Sequence record: DRR723986_4214
Direction: 5' to 3' (one strand)
Length of the DNA: 47,364 bases
In this document: positions 30,481 to 40,560 of the stretch, piece after piece
How the letters are laid out: the number at the start of each line of letters is the position of its first letter
Numbering within the stretch: position 1 is the first letter of the stretch
The notes under the pieces: generated by a model
Database searches by the model: none
What the model saw: the letters and a program-made list of their open reading frames with translations, nothing else
Told to the model about the DNA's origin: nothing
Translations under genes and position numbers: made by a program

Positions 30481-30563
30481 GAAACGCTTCCTGCAAACAG
30501 CATTATCTGCACAGGTGTGAGGGTTTTTCTCACCCGGCAGCAATTTGCCAGGACCCCTGCGTT
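30481..30563 (-). promoter_or_regulatory. TPP riboswitch (with non-consensus positions) upstream of thiC
   Basis: Minus strand: aacgc-aggggucc-uggc...gccg-ggUGAGAaaaaccc-uca-caccug-ug-cag-AUAAUG-cug-uuug-caggaag-cguu; P1-P5 pairings present; located in the thiC leader. Confidence 0.88.
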
Positions 30564-30666
30564 AAACTTGAACAAGCTCAAAGTATAGGCCCGCCTGCGT
30601 CGTACCTCAATACGCGGTTTGCACAAGGCGCTCTTTTTGTTCAACTTTCTCGGATCACGCAATTCA

Positions 30667-31227
30667 ATGGGCAACAGACTCAGTTCAATCACCACCCGCA
30701 CTGGCGACGATGGCACTACTGGCCTGGCCGATGGCAGCCGTTTGGCAAAAAACGATCTTCGTGTTCATGCCATGGGCGATGTCGATGAGTTGAACAGCCA
30801 CATCGGCCTGATACTGACCGAGGCCTTGCCTGAGCGCTTGGCCACCGAACTTACTCGCATTCAGCATGACCTGTTTGATCTGGGCGCAGCCCTGTGCATG
30901 CCGGGTTTTGATGTGTTTCCACCCCAAGCGGTGGAGCGGCTGGAAGACTTGATCAAGGAATTCAACGAACCCCTGCCCCGTCTGGAAGAATTTATTTTGC
31001 CTGGCGGCAGCAAGGCCTCTGCCTACACCCACATCGCGCGTACTGTTTGCCGCAGAGCGGAGCGGGTGCTGGTGGATTTGAACCAGCAGCAAAAACTGCC
31101 AGAAGATTTGCTTTTGTACATGAACCGTCTTTCCGACTTTCTGTTTGTGGCCTCCCGCTGGATTCACCACAAAAAAGGCGTTCGCGACGTGCAGTGGAAA
31201 AAAGGGTTCAACCGCCCGCAAGAGTGA
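30667..31227 (+). CDS. ATP:cob(I)alamin adenosyltransferase, PduO type
   Basis: ITTRTGDDGTT, GDVDELNS, QHDLFDLG, FILPGG, RTVCRRAER and YMNRLSDFLF motifs; ATG 30667. Confidence 0.93.
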   Translation: MGNRLSSITTRTGDDGTTGLADGSRLAKNDLRVHAMGDVDELNSHIGLILTEALPERLATELTRIQHDLFDLGAALCMPGFDVFPPQAVERLEDLIKEFNEPLPRLEEFILPGGSKASAYTHIARTVCRRAERVLVDLNQQQKLPEDLLLYMNRLSDFLFVASRWIHHKKGVRDVQWKKGFNRPQE

Positions 31228-31243
31228 GGAAGCTTGAAGTAGC

Positions 31244-33304
31244 CTACTTGGACTCGGTTTTGACTGAGCCAGTGACATTGTTTTCGGCCACGCAATTTTC
31301 TTTTGGTGGATAGAAAAACTCGCCAGGACTCTTGAAAAATCGTTTGAAAATACGTCCGGCCAGCGAGAGGCTCTCCAGCTTGCGAACCCCGCGCGCCCGT
31401 AAGGCCGTGAAAAATGCCAAGCTAAAGCTCACGGCCAAATTCACCATACCGATCAGGAAAACGCCCACAGCGGCAATCGCCACCTCCAGTCCGCTCAACA
31501 TGAATTCATGGGCCTGAATTCCGTAAGCCATGTTTGCCGCGGCAAAGGTGATGTGCCGAATATCGATGGGCAAACCAAGAATGAGTCCAATAAAACCAGC
31601 CGAACCCAACATGCAACCGAAAAAGAAGTTGCCTGCCAAGGCCCCCGTGTTCTTGCTCAAATAATCAGCCAATTTGTTGGAGCGAACCACACCCAAGCGC
31701 TTGCGCAGCCAGGGCACCTTGCGAATCCGATCCGGAATACGGTGGTAAATCGACAGGTTGTCGTAGTAACCCGCAATCACACCTGCCAAAAACAGGAACA
31801 CCCCGGCAATTGCAGCATGGGGCAAAGCTGCAGACAACAAGGGATTAAGCTCCAGCAACATTTTCTCGCCTTTCTCGATTGCCACAGGCGGTTCTCCGAG
31901 CAAGAAAGTGAGCCCCACGGCAACCACGGTGGCCGTGGCAAATGCGGGCAGCACATTGCCCCAAATCGAGATGAATTGGGTGCGGGCAACCTGGGTAATC
32001 AAATCTGCCACCCGGTCGGCCGAGCTTAAGCGGCCATTGGCAGCGTCAATGGCTGCAGCGATTCGCGCCGCAGTCATGGCAGGCTGTTTGGTCGCGATGG
32101 TGAAGCCCAACAAATGAATGATCACAAAGCCAATGCCATAATTCAGGCTGAAAAATACGGCCTCCCAAAATGGGGGCAAATGCCAACTTGAAATGCCAGC
32201 TTTGAACAGGGAAAGAAGCGCAATAATGACGCCTGCACCCATGGCAGCCCGGGCCATTTTCCAGTATTCCGACCGGGTTTCAGTGGCGTATTTCTCGCCA
32301 GATTGGCTCGCATGCTCGGTAATGCGCAGAGCCAGCTTGTCAGTCAAACCTCGCCACAAATCGGTGATCGAATGTTTGCGGTTTTCTTCCTTGGTCAACG
32401 TGCAGAAAAACTGCACGCACGTGCCCACCCGATTGTCGGTGGGCAAGGCACCCAAGAGCTGCAAAAGCCGACGCATGCGGTTGATCGATTGCTCCAGCCG
32501 GATCAATTGCATACTGAGCGTGACAGAAATGCCTTGAACACGCGCCTGTGCGTAGGCTTTCTTGATTTGGCCCTGACACTGGTCCAGCAGCACATCGAGA
32601 TGAACACCCAAATCATGCAAAGGCTCCATATGGCTGAGCTTTTCATGGGCCTGCGCGATCATGCTGCGCAGCTCGAGGTGTTGTTCGACAAACGGAGATG
32701 TATGACGCTCAGAAATACCGAGGCAACGTACCACTTCGGAATCAATGCCAAGGGCGGCTATTCGCACCGCCAGCATTTCCATGGCCTCGAGCATTTCATG
32801 TTGAATGCGCTTCCAAAGGGGCATGGCCGGGTTCAACCATTCCAGTACGTGAAACAACCTTGTCCAGTTGGCCACGCTGATCGACTCAAGCCACTCATGG
32901 TCGTCCGGTTTGGTGAACATCAGGCTAAGCGACTCGCGCACTGTTTTGTCTTCAACCGTGGCCGGCAACAGGCGCTGGAAAATCCGGTTTTTCATGGCCT
33001 GACCGAATGTTTCATTACCCAGAATGCCGAGCTCGGCGAAGGTATATCGATAACGTGATTCTTTCAGGAATTGTTCAAGATAGCCTTTGACCTGCACGCG
33101 CAGGTCGTTGGACTGTTCAAGCGCCTCCACCAGCATGGAGAATCGCCGCTCGATTTCGAAATCAGAGCCAGGAGCCCCTTCTCGAAACCATTCCATGAGG
33201 TGGCACAAGTGGGCAATGTCCGCCTCGTGCTCATTGTCTGGACCCATCCCGTTCAGGATGGTCAGCAGCGCACCTCGAATATTGTAGTTTGGGTTCGTTG
33301 CCAT
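31244..33304 (-). CDS. Multi-TM membrane protein of the 'site-specific recombinase Gcr' (SpecificRecomb) family
   Basis: ITEHASQSGEKY, SLNYG, FTIATKQPAMTA, R-x-QF-x-GNV, GYYDN, GNFFFG and GLPIDIRHITF motifs; hydrophobic C-terminal half. Confidence 0.8.
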   Translation of the reverse strand: MATNPNYNIRGALLTILNGMGPDNEHEADIAHLCHLMEWFREGAPGSDFEIERRFSMLVEALEQSNDLRVQVKGYLEQFLKESRYRYTFAELGILGNETFGQAMKNRIFQRLLPATVEDKTVRESLSLMFTKPDDHEWLESISVANWTRLFHVLEWLNPAMPLWKRIQHEMLEAMEMLAVRIAALGIDSEVVRCLGISERHTSPFVEQHLELRSMIAQAHEKLSHMEPLHDLGVHLDVLLDQCQGQIKKAYAQARVQGISVTLSMQLIRLEQSINRMRRLLQLLGALPTDNRVGTCVQFFCTLTKEENRKHSITDLWRGLTDKLALRITEHASQSGEKYATETRSEYWKMARAAMGAGVIIALLSLFKAGISSWHLPPFWEAVFFSLNYGIGFVIIHLLGFTIATKQPAMTAARIAAAIDAANGRLSSADRVADLITQVARTQFISIWGNVLPAFATATVVAVGLTFLLGEPPVAIEKGEKMLLELNPLLSAALPHAAIAGVFLFLAGVIAGYYDNLSIYHRIPDRIRKVPWLRKRLGVVRSNKLADYLSKNTGALAGNFFFGCMLGSAGFIGLILGLPIDIRHITFAAANMAYGIQAHEFMLSGLEVAIAAVGVFLIGMVNLAVSFSLAFFTALRARGVRKLESLSLAGRIFKRFFKSPGEFFYPPKENCVAENNVTGSVKTESK

Positions 33305-33348
33305 ATTCTGTATACCTAGTCCGAGGGCTAGTGTACCCGATGAATTGG

Positions 33349-35166
33349 CTATTTACTCCAACTGTCCTTCAGGGTGGTGGCGCGATTAAACACCGGGTTT
33401 TCCAGGGTATTGTCTTTCAGGTCATGAACGAAATAACCATGACGCTCGAATTGGTAAACTGTTCCAGTGAAAGCGTCTTTCAATCCTGCTTCCAGATAGG
33501 CTTTCACCTCGGTCAATGAATTCGGGTTCAAACTGTCCATGAAGTTTTTACCGCCAGAATCAGGATGCTCCTCGGTAAAGAGGCGATCGTAAAGGCGTAC
33601 GGTGGCGGGCAGGCAGTCCTCTGCATCTACCCAGTGAATATTGCCTTTTACCTTGTAGGCATCTGCACCCGGCGTGCCGGATTTGCTGTCCAGAAACACC
33701 TGGGCATGCACCGCGATAACCTTGCCATTTTCATCTTTGTCACAGCCCGTGCATTCAATCACATAGCCATATCGCAGGCGCACTTTGTTGCCCGGGAACA
33801 GTCGGAAGAACTTTTTCTCCGGGTTTTCCTGAAAATCTTCCGCTTCAATCCACAAGCGTTTGCCGATCGTGAACTGGCGCATGCCCCAATGCGGGTGATG
33901 AGGGTGAACGGGAGCTGTACACAGATCGGCCCAATCATCATCGACGTTGTCCAGAATCAGCGGTATCGGGTCCAATACGGCGACAGCCCGGTGGGCCACT
34001 GGGTCCAAGGTGTCGCGCAGTGCGCCTTCCAGAACGGAATAGTCAATCCAGGAATCGGATTTTGAAACACCAATGCGTGCGCAAAACAACTGAATCGCCT
34101 CAGGTGTATAACCACGGCGGCGTAAACCGACAATGGTCGGCATACGGGGATCATCCCAGCCACTGAGTTTGTTTTCAGTCACCAATTGCTGCAATTTACG
34201 CTTGCTGGTGACCACATAACTCAGGTTCAGGCGTGCGAACTCAATCTGCTTGGGCAAGGGGTGGCTCAACAAAGGTTTGAGCGAGGTGCCATCGAAGGCT
34301 TTGTGTTCGCTGGCCAGGTTGTTCAGCAACCAATCATAAAAAGGCCGCTGATCCTCGAATTCCAGAGTACAGAATGAATGCGTAATGCGCTCCAGCGCAT
34401 CCTCAATGGGATGCGCGAAGGTGTACATGGGATAAATGCACCAGTCGTCGCCTGTTCGGTGGTGAAAGGCGCGGCGGATTCGGTAAATCGCCGGGTCGCG
34501 CATGTTCATGTTGGGGCTGGCCATGTCGATTTTGGCACGCAGCACTGCAGCACCATCAGGCAGTTCGCCCGCGCGCATGGCCCGAAAACGCGCCAGGCTC
34601 TCAGCGGCTGGACGATTGCGGAATGGGGAATCTACACCTGCTTGAGTCAATGTACCCCGATTGGCGCGCATGTCGTCTGCATTCTGCTCATCGACATACG
34701 CCAGGCCGGCCTGAATGAGAAACTCCGCAGCCTGGTACATGAACTCAAAATAATCACTGGCGTAGTACAGGTTCTCGTCGCCGAAATCTTCCCAGCGAAA
34801 GCCCAGCCAATGCACGGCATCCAGAATGGAATCCGCGAATTCCTCGCTTTCTTTCTCGGGGTTGGTATCGTCAAAGCGCATGTGGCAAGCGCCACCGTAT
34901 TCTTTGGCCAAACCGAAATTCACACAAATGGCTTTGGCGTGGCCCACATGCAAATAGCCATTGGGCTCGGGCGGGAAACGCAAGCGAATGGTTGCAGGGT
35001 CGGCAGGGGCACCTTCATGCACATCGGCACCGCCCGGTTTACCAGCCCAGGGGCGCACCTGATACTCGGGCTTTTTCAAGTCCGCATCAATGATGTTGCG
35101 AAGGAAGTTCGAGGCGGGGGCGTTGTCAGCCCCGGCATGGGTATTTTTGTTTGCAGAATCAGACAT
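33349..35166 (-). CDS. glnS: Glutamine--tRNA ligase
   Basis: RFPPEPNGYLHVGHAK (HIGH-type), RFDDTNP, YPMY, CTLEF, TSKRKL, WDDPRMPT and QFERHGYF motifs. Confidence 0.97.
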   Translation of the reverse strand: MSDSANKNTHAGADNAPASNFLRNIIDADLKKPEYQVRPWAGKPGGADVHEGAPADPATIRLRFPPEPNGYLHVGHAKAICVNFGLAKEYGGACHMRFDDTNPEKESEEFADSILDAVHWLGFRWEDFGDENLYYASDYFEFMYQAAEFLIQAGLAYVDEQNADDMRANRGTLTQAGVDSPFRNRPAAESLARFRAMRAGELPDGAAVLRAKIDMASPNMNMRDPAIYRIRRAFHHRTGDDWCIYPMYTFAHPIEDALERITHSFCTLEFEDQRPFYDWLLNNLASEHKAFDGTSLKPLLSHPLPKQIEFARLNLSYVVTSKRKLQQLVTENKLSGWDDPRMPTIVGLRRRGYTPEAIQLFCARIGVSKSDSWIDYSVLEGALRDTLDPVAHRAVAVLDPIPLILDNVDDDWADLCTAPVHPHHPHWGMRQFTIGKRLWIEAEDFQENPEKKFFRLFPGNKVRLRYGYVIECTGCDKDENGKVIAVHAQVFLDSKSGTPGADAYKVKGNIHWVDAEDCLPATVRLYDRLFTEEHPDSGGKNFMDSLNPNSLTEVKAYLEAGLKDAFTGTVYQFERHGYFVHDLKDNTLENPVFNRATTLKDSWSK

Positions 35167-35212
35167 CAGCACATCCTGTTGGCGAATGCGCTGATGTTAG
35201 CAAAAACAAGCC

Positions 35213-36502
35213 TTAGGCAACGGCCAAGGCCTCGCCCTTCTTGGAAGAAATTCCAGTAAATGCGAAATCCAGTTCAGGCTGCTTGCCATTCATGATCGAT
35301 GCAATCGAGCGACCTGAGCCACAAGAGTGGGTCCAACCCAATGTGCCGTGGCCGGTGTTCAAGTACAGGTTTGAAATTTTCGACACACCAATGTAAGGCA
35401 CGTTTGAGGGAGTCGCGGGGCGCAAACCAGTCCAGTAAACGGCCTGTTCGGGATCGGCCATGCCTGGGAACAGTTCCATGACGCGGCGAGTGATCGCCTG
35501 GCAACGCACGTGGTTCAGGCTGGTGCTGTAACCGTTCAGTTCAGCGGTGCCTGCAATACGCAGCTTGTCACCCAAGCGGCTAAACACCAGCTTGTACTCG
35601 TCATCCGTCAGGCTGACTTGTGGGGCCTTGCTGGCATCATCAATCTGCAAAGTTGCCGAGTAACCCTTGGCTGGGTAAATCAGCAAATCCACGCCCAAAT
35701 CTTTGACCAGCATTGGGCTATAGCTGCCCATGCACAGCAGGTACTTGTCGGCTTTCAGCACTTGTACCTGGCCATCCGCGCCACGCACACGCACACCACT
35801 GATTTGGCCACCCTCGGTATCCAGGCCCAAAATGGCGGTGTCGTACTTGAATTCAACACCTTTTTGAGCACATAGCTTCGACAGGTTTTGCGTGAATACA
35901 TGCGCATCGCCGCTTTCATCTGCTTCGGTGTAGGTGGCGCCAGCAATTTTGTCTTTCACGCTCGCCAAAGCGGGCTCAAGACGCACCGCCTCGTTTGCAT
36001 CAATCACTTTGCGATCGCATCCAAACTCTCGCATGATTTCAGCGGGTTCGAGTGCATCATCGAATTCTTGCTGGTTGGTGTAGAAGTGCAAAATGCCTTT
36101 GGTGAGGCAGTTGTATTCAATGCCGGTTTCGGCACGCAATTCTTGCAAAGTACTGCGGCTGAATGTGCCCAGGTTCACCATTTGAATGATGTTGTGGCGT
36201 GTGCGCTCGGGGGTACATTCACGCAAAAACTGCATGCCCCAGCGCCACTGGCGGGCATCGGCGCGCAAGCGGAACAGCAAAGGCGCATCTTCCTTCATCA
36301 ACCACTTCAACACCTTTTTGGGGGCGCCGGGATTGGCCCAAGGTTCAGCATGAGACACGGAAATTTGGCCACCATTGGCAAATGATGTTTCCATGCCGGC
36401 AGCAGGCTGACGATCCACCACAGTGACGTCAAAACCTTCTTTTTTCAAAAACCACGCGGAAGTAATGCCGGTAACACCAGCACCGAGAACAATAGCTTTC
36501 AT
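35213..36502 (-). CDS. dadA: D-amino acid dehydrogenase
   Basis: VLGAGVTG, ETSFANGGQIS, YPAKGYS, AGTAE, WTGLRP and NTGHGTLGWT motifs; ATG 36502. Confidence 0.93.
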   Translation of the reverse strand: MKAIVLGAGVTGITSAWFLKKEGFDVTVVDRQPAAGMETSFANGGQISVSHAEPWANPGAPKKVLKWLMKEDAPLLFRLRADARQWRWGMQFLRECTPERTRHNIIQMVNLGTFSRSTLQELRAETGIEYNCLTKGILHFYTNQQEFDDALEPAEIMREFGCDRKVIDANEAVRLEPALASVKDKIAGATYTEADESGDAHVFTQNLSKLCAQKGVEFKYDTAILGLDTEGGQISGVRVRGADGQVQVLKADKYLLCMGSYSPMLVKDLGVDLLIYPAKGYSATLQIDDASKAPQVSLTDDEYKLVFSRLGDKLRIAGTAELNGYSTSLNHVRCQAITRRVMELFPGMADPEQAVYWTGLRPATPSNVPYIGVSKISNLYLNTGHGTLGWTHSCGSGRSIASIMNGKQPELDFAFTGISSKKGEALAVA

Positions 36503-36558
36503 GAGGAACAGACTCCACAAACAGTAAAAAGGGCTTTCGGCAAACCATTTGCCTTGTA

Positions 36559-36759
36559 GCCCCTCTCTGTCCGTTTGCCTGAAAGATTCACAACGGGTTG
36601 CGTTGCTTGCCTCTTCGGCGGCTGTACTTACGCGGCGATTGGCCGCGCACAGCGCTCTCCAGATTTGAATTCCTGAACCTGTACTGAAGCCTGAGCGTTC
36701 ATGGGGATTGCGCCTTCGGCGGACCAGCACAGATACGCACTAGCCACTCTCCAGATTCA
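36559..36759 (-). promoter_or_regulatory. Tandem glycine riboswitch upstream of dadA
   Basis: Two aptamers on the minus strand, each with cuGGAGAg...cgcCGAAG...(c/u)UCAGGc...ACag (gaaucuggagag...cgccgaaggcgcaa...acgcucaggc and aaucuggagagc...cgccgaagaggcaa...aaucuuucaggcaaacggacaga). Confidence 0.92.
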
Positions 36760-36802
36760 GCCATTGATTGTACTACTGGGAATCTGGAGAAGCCAGTCTA
36801 AA

Positions 36803-37243
36803 TTACTTCTTCAAAGAATCACGAATTTCACGCAGCAACAGAATATCTTCAGGAGTGGGTGCTGGCGCGGCTGGTGCAGCTTCTTCCTCCTTGATCAGGG
36901 CTTTGGTCAGTTTGCTAACCTGACGGACCATCATGAAGATGATGAATGCCAGAATAATGAAGTTGATCAGCACCGAGATAAAACTACCATAGGCCAGAAC
37001 TGGCACACCCGCAGCCTTGACAGCGGCCAGCGTGGGCGCCACTCCCGCCGGAATTTCGGCCAGAGGCAAATAAAGATTGGAGAAATCGAGACTACCAAAA
37101 ATACGGCCAACCACCGGCATGATGACATCATCCACCAAGCTTTTGACAATTCCGCTGAACGCGCCACCAATGATCACCGCCACAGCAAGGTCGATCACAT
37201 TGCCCTTTACTGCGAATGCCTTGAAGTCTTTGAGTAAACTCAC
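36803..37243 (-). CDS. mscL: Large-conductance mechanosensitive channel
   Basis: [29 protein letters not shown] and [10 protein letters not shown] motifs; AGGAGG RBS before GTG 37243. Confidence 0.96.
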   Translation of the reverse strand: MSLLKDFKAFAVKGNVIDLAVAVIIGGAFSGIVKSLVDDVIMPVVGRIFGSLDFSNLYLPLAEIPAGVAPTLAAVKAAGVPVLAYGSFISVLINFIILAFIIFMMVRQVSKLTKALIKEEEAAPAAPAPTPEDILLLREIRDSLKK

Positions 37244-37394
37244 GCTACCTCCTGTTTGGTCCTGTTGAATGTATACAAATGTAAAAGTCCAATACCCGCG
37301 CAGATTATCGCTGTGGAATCCTTTCAAGGCAATACGGCGAGTGCCCGGTGGTGATAAAATCGCACCTCTTTGATTCAACAACAGAAAGTGAGCC

Positions 37395-38120
37395 ATGGCA
37401 GGACACAGTAAATGGGCCAACATCCAGCACCGTAAAAATCGACAGGATGAAAAACGCGGCAAGGTGTGGACGAAAATCATTCGTGAAGTCAGCGTGGCGG
37501 CCCGAGTGGGCGGTGGCGATGTGGCCACGAACCCACGCTTGCGCTTGGCCATGGAAAAGGCCGCTGCGGCCAACATGCCCAAAGACAACGTGCAACGCGC
37601 CATTGCCAAGGCCACCGGTGAAGCCGAGGGTGTGAATTACGAAGAAATTCGATACGAAGGCTATGGCGTGGGCGGCGCAGCCGTAATCATCGACTGCATG
37701 ACGGACAACAAAGTGCGCACTGTGGCTGAAGTTCGCCATGCGCTGACCAAGCACGGTGGCAATTTGGGCACCGACGGTTCTGTTTCTTTCATGTTCAAGC
37801 ATTGTGGTCAGTTTATTTTTGCACCAGGCCACAGCGAAGATGCAATCATGGAAGTGGCGCTGGAGAATGGGGCTGATGATGTTGTGACTTCTGACGATGG
37901 CGTGATCGAGGTAACTTGCCCTGTACCTGAATTTCATACCCTGAAAACAGCTTTTGAAGCTGCGAACATGAAATTCGAAAACGCGGAACTGACCATGAAA
38001 CCTGCCAGCGAGACCGAACTGGAAGGAGACGACGCCATTCGAATGCAAAAAATCATTGACATGCTGGAAGACCTGGACGATGTGCAGCAGGTTTACACCA
38101 ACGTGATCATCAACGAATAA
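37395..38120 (+). CDS. yebC: YebC/PmpR family protein
   Basis: [31 protein letters not shown] and [13 protein letters not shown] motifs. Confidence 0.96.
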   Translation: MAGHSKWANIQHRKNRQDEKRGKVWTKIIREVSVAARVGGGDVATNPRLRLAMEKAAAANMPKDNVQRAIAKATGEAEGVNYEEIRYEGYGVGGAAVIIDCMTDNKVRTVAEVRHALTKHGGNLGTDGSVSFMFKHCGQFIFAPGHSEDAIMEVALENGADDVVTSDDGVIEVTCPVPEFHTLKTAFEAANMKFENAELTMKPASETELEGDDAIRMQKIIDMLEDLDDVQQVYTNVIINE

Positions 38121-38141
38121 AAAGCACGGAGCACTGCAAAC

Positions 38142-39413
38142 ATGAAAATTTTGGTGATTGGATCAGGCGGTCGAGAACACGCCATGGCTTGGCGCATTTG
38201 CCAAACGCCAGGTGTCACAAAGGTGTTTGTCGCGCCCGGCAATGGCGGCACCGCCCTGGAAACCAAAATGCAGAATGTGCCCATCAGCGACCTAGGCGAG
38301 TTGGCTGATTTTGCGGCCAAAGAACAAGTGCACCTGACCGTGGTTGGGCCAGAAGCCCCATTGGCTGCAGGGGTGGTTGACCTGTTCCGCCAGCGCGGCC
38401 TGCGTATTTTTGGCCCTGCCAAACTGGCTGCCCAACTGGAAAGCTCGAAGGACTACGCCAAGGCCTTCATGAAGCGGCACAAAATCCCCACCGCCGAATA
38501 CGAAACCTTCACCGATGCGGCCAAAGCACACGATTATGTGAACGCCAAAGGCGCCCCCATCGTGATCAAGGCCGACGGCCTGGCCGCAGGCAAAGGTGTG
38601 GTTGTCGCCATGAGCCTGGAAGAAGCTCACAAGGCCATTGACGACATGTTGCTGGGCAACAGCATGGGCAGTGCCGGTTCTCGGGTTGTGGTTGAAGAAT
38701 TCCTGGAAGGCGAAGAGGCCAGCTTTATCGTGATGGTCGATGGTGTGAACGCTTTGGCCATGGCCAGCAGCCAAGACCACAAACGCCTGCTGGATGGCGA
38801 CCAAGGCCCCAACACCGGTGGCATGGGTGCATACAGCCCCGCCCCCGTGGTTACGCCCACCATGCACGCCCGCGTAATGCGCGAAGTGATTTACCCCACC
38901 ATTGCCGGCATGAAAAAGGACGGACTGGTCTATACCGGCTTCCTGTATGCGGGATTGATGATCGACGACAAGGGCGACATCAAAGTGCTGGAGTTCAACT
39001 GCCGCATGGGCGACCCGGAAACCCAACCCATCATGATGCGCCTGAAAAGCGACTTCGTGAATTTGCTGGACCATGCCATTGATGGCACGCTGGACAAGGT
39101 TGAAGCAGAATGGGACCGCCGCACCGCTTTAGGCGTAGTGATTGCCGCGCACAACTACCCACAAACCCCGCGCACGGGCGATGAAATTACCCTGCGCGCC
39201 GAGGCCAGCGACGAAGCGGTTGTATTTCATGCCGGAACTGTTGAGAAAAATGGCAAGGCAGTGACCGCGGGCGGCCGGGTTCTATGCGCCACCGCCTTGG
39301 GCGACACCGTGCGCCAGGCTCAGGCCAAAGCCTATGAATTGATCGACACCATCAGCTTTGATGGCATGCAATTCAGAAGCGACATTGGCTATCGCGCAAT
39401 CAATAGAAAGTAA
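38142..39413 (+). CDS. purD: Phosphoribosylamine--glycine ligase
   Basis: [41 protein letters not shown] and [10 protein letters not shown] motifs. Confidence 0.98.
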   Translation: MKILVIGSGGREHAMAWRICQTPGVTKVFVAPGNGGTALETKMQNVPISDLGELADFAAKEQVHLTVVGPEAPLAAGVVDLFRQRGLRIFGPAKLAAQLESSKDYAKAFMKRHKIPTAEYETFTDAAKAHDYVNAKGAPIVIKADGLAAGKGVVVAMSLEEAHKAIDDMLLGNSMGSAGSRVVVEEFLEGEEASFIVMVDGVNALAMASSQDHKRLLDGDQGPNTGGMGAYSPAPVVTPTMHARVMREVIYPTIAGMKKDGLVYTGFLYAGLMIDDKGDIKVLEFNCRMGDPETQPIMMRLKSDFVNLLDHAIDGTLDKVEAEWDRRTALGVVIAAHNYPQTPRTGDEITLRAEASDEAVVFHAGTVEKNGKAVTAGGRVLCATALGDTVRQAQAKAYELIDTISFDGMQFRSDIGYRAINRK

Positions 39414-39427
39414 AAGGCCTATTCAAC

Positions 39428-40333
39428 ATGACACCTTCTGAACTGAATCAGGTGAAGCAATACCTTCAGGGGCTTCAAAGCAGCATCATTGAAGGCATTG
39501 GCCAGTTCGAAAGCAAACCTTTTTTGAACGATTCCTGGGAGCGTGCAGAAGGAGGCGGCGGTTGCAGTCGCGTGCTGGAAGAAGGCAGCTTGCTGGAGCG
39601 TGGCGGTGTCAATTTCAGCCATGTAATGGGCGACAAGTTGCCCGGCTCAGCCACTGCCAGCCGCCAAGGTCTGGCGGGTGCCAGCTTCGAAGCCATGGGT
39701 GTATCACTGGTGTTTCACCCCCGCAACCCTTATGTACCCACAGTGCACATGAATGTGCGTCTGTTTGCAGCCACCACTGTGGAAGGCGAATCGGTGTGGT
39801 GGTTTGGCGGCGGCATGGATTTGACCCCCTACTACGGCTTTGAAGAAGATGCGAAACACTTTCACCAAAGTTGCAAAAATGCGTTGGATCCCTTCGGTGC
39901 GCACTACCATGCCAAGTTCAAAAAATGGTGTGACGAGTATTTTTACCTGAAGCACCGCAAAGAACCCCGTGGCGTCGGTGGCGTGTTCTTCGATGACTTT
40001 TCAGAGCTGGGTTTCGAGCAAAGCTTCGCAATGACGCGCAGTGTGGGCGATGCCTTTTTGAAAGGCTACCTGCCTATTGTTGAGCGTCGCATGAACATGG
40101 CCTACGGCGAACGTGAGCGCGACTTTCAGGCCTATCGACGCGGCCGCTACGTTGAATTCAATTTGGTATTCGACCGTGGCACCCTGTTTGGCCTGCAAAG
40201 CGGTGGCCGCACGGAATCCATCCTGATGAGCATGCCCCCCCAAGTGAAGTGGCGCTACGACTGGCAACCTGAAGCGGGCAGTGCGGAAGCCAGGCTGTAC
40301 ACCGACTTTCTGGTGGATAAAGACTGGGCCTAG
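39428..40333 (+). CDS. hemF: Oxygen-dependent coproporphyrinogen III oxidase
   Basis: [44 protein letters not shown] and [11 protein letters not shown] motifs. Confidence 0.98.
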   Translation: MTPSELNQVKQYLQGLQSSIIEGIGQFESKPFLNDSWERAEGGGGCSRVLEEGSLLERGGVNFSHVMGDKLPGSATASRQGLAGASFEAMGVSLVFHPRNPYVPTVHMNVRLFAATTVEGESVWWFGGGMDLTPYYGFEEDAKHFHQSCKNALDPFGAHYHAKFKKWCDEYFYLKHRKEPRGVGGVFFDDFSELGFEQSFAMTRSVGDAFLKGYLPIVERRMNMAYGERERDFQAYRRGRYVEFNLVFDRGTLFGLQSGGRTESILMSMPPQVKWRYDWQPEAGSAEARLYTDFLVDKDWA

Positions 40334-40560
40334 TCTCATGAATAAGTGCACTAACACCCCACTCAGAAACTCGGCTTTTAATATTTCAGCAATGATTTTT
40401 TAACTATTAAAAATTAGCGCCTGTCCGACATAAAGTGCTTTAACTGCCTCAATTAGCGATACCAGCCAGAAAACAAAAAAACAAAATAAAACAAGAGCCC
40501 ATATATGAATGCTAATGGTAAATTAATGTTTGAAACACCACAAAAAGCCAAAGGCGCTTA

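Noticed and set aside
31244-33304. Mobile element or integrase
   Set aside because: Despite the family name, the protein is multi-TM, lacks catalytic recombinase motifs, and sits in core context with host-like composition.
34378-35259. 293-aa + strand ORF
   Set aside because: Antisense shadow of glnS.
36503-36730. 76-aa N-terminal extension of dadA
   Set aside because: It runs through the glycine riboswitch; the FAD-binding motif begins right after ATG 36502.
37244-37615. N-terminal extension of mscL
   Set aside because: It overlaps divergent yebC; a strong AGGAGG RBS supports GTG 37243.
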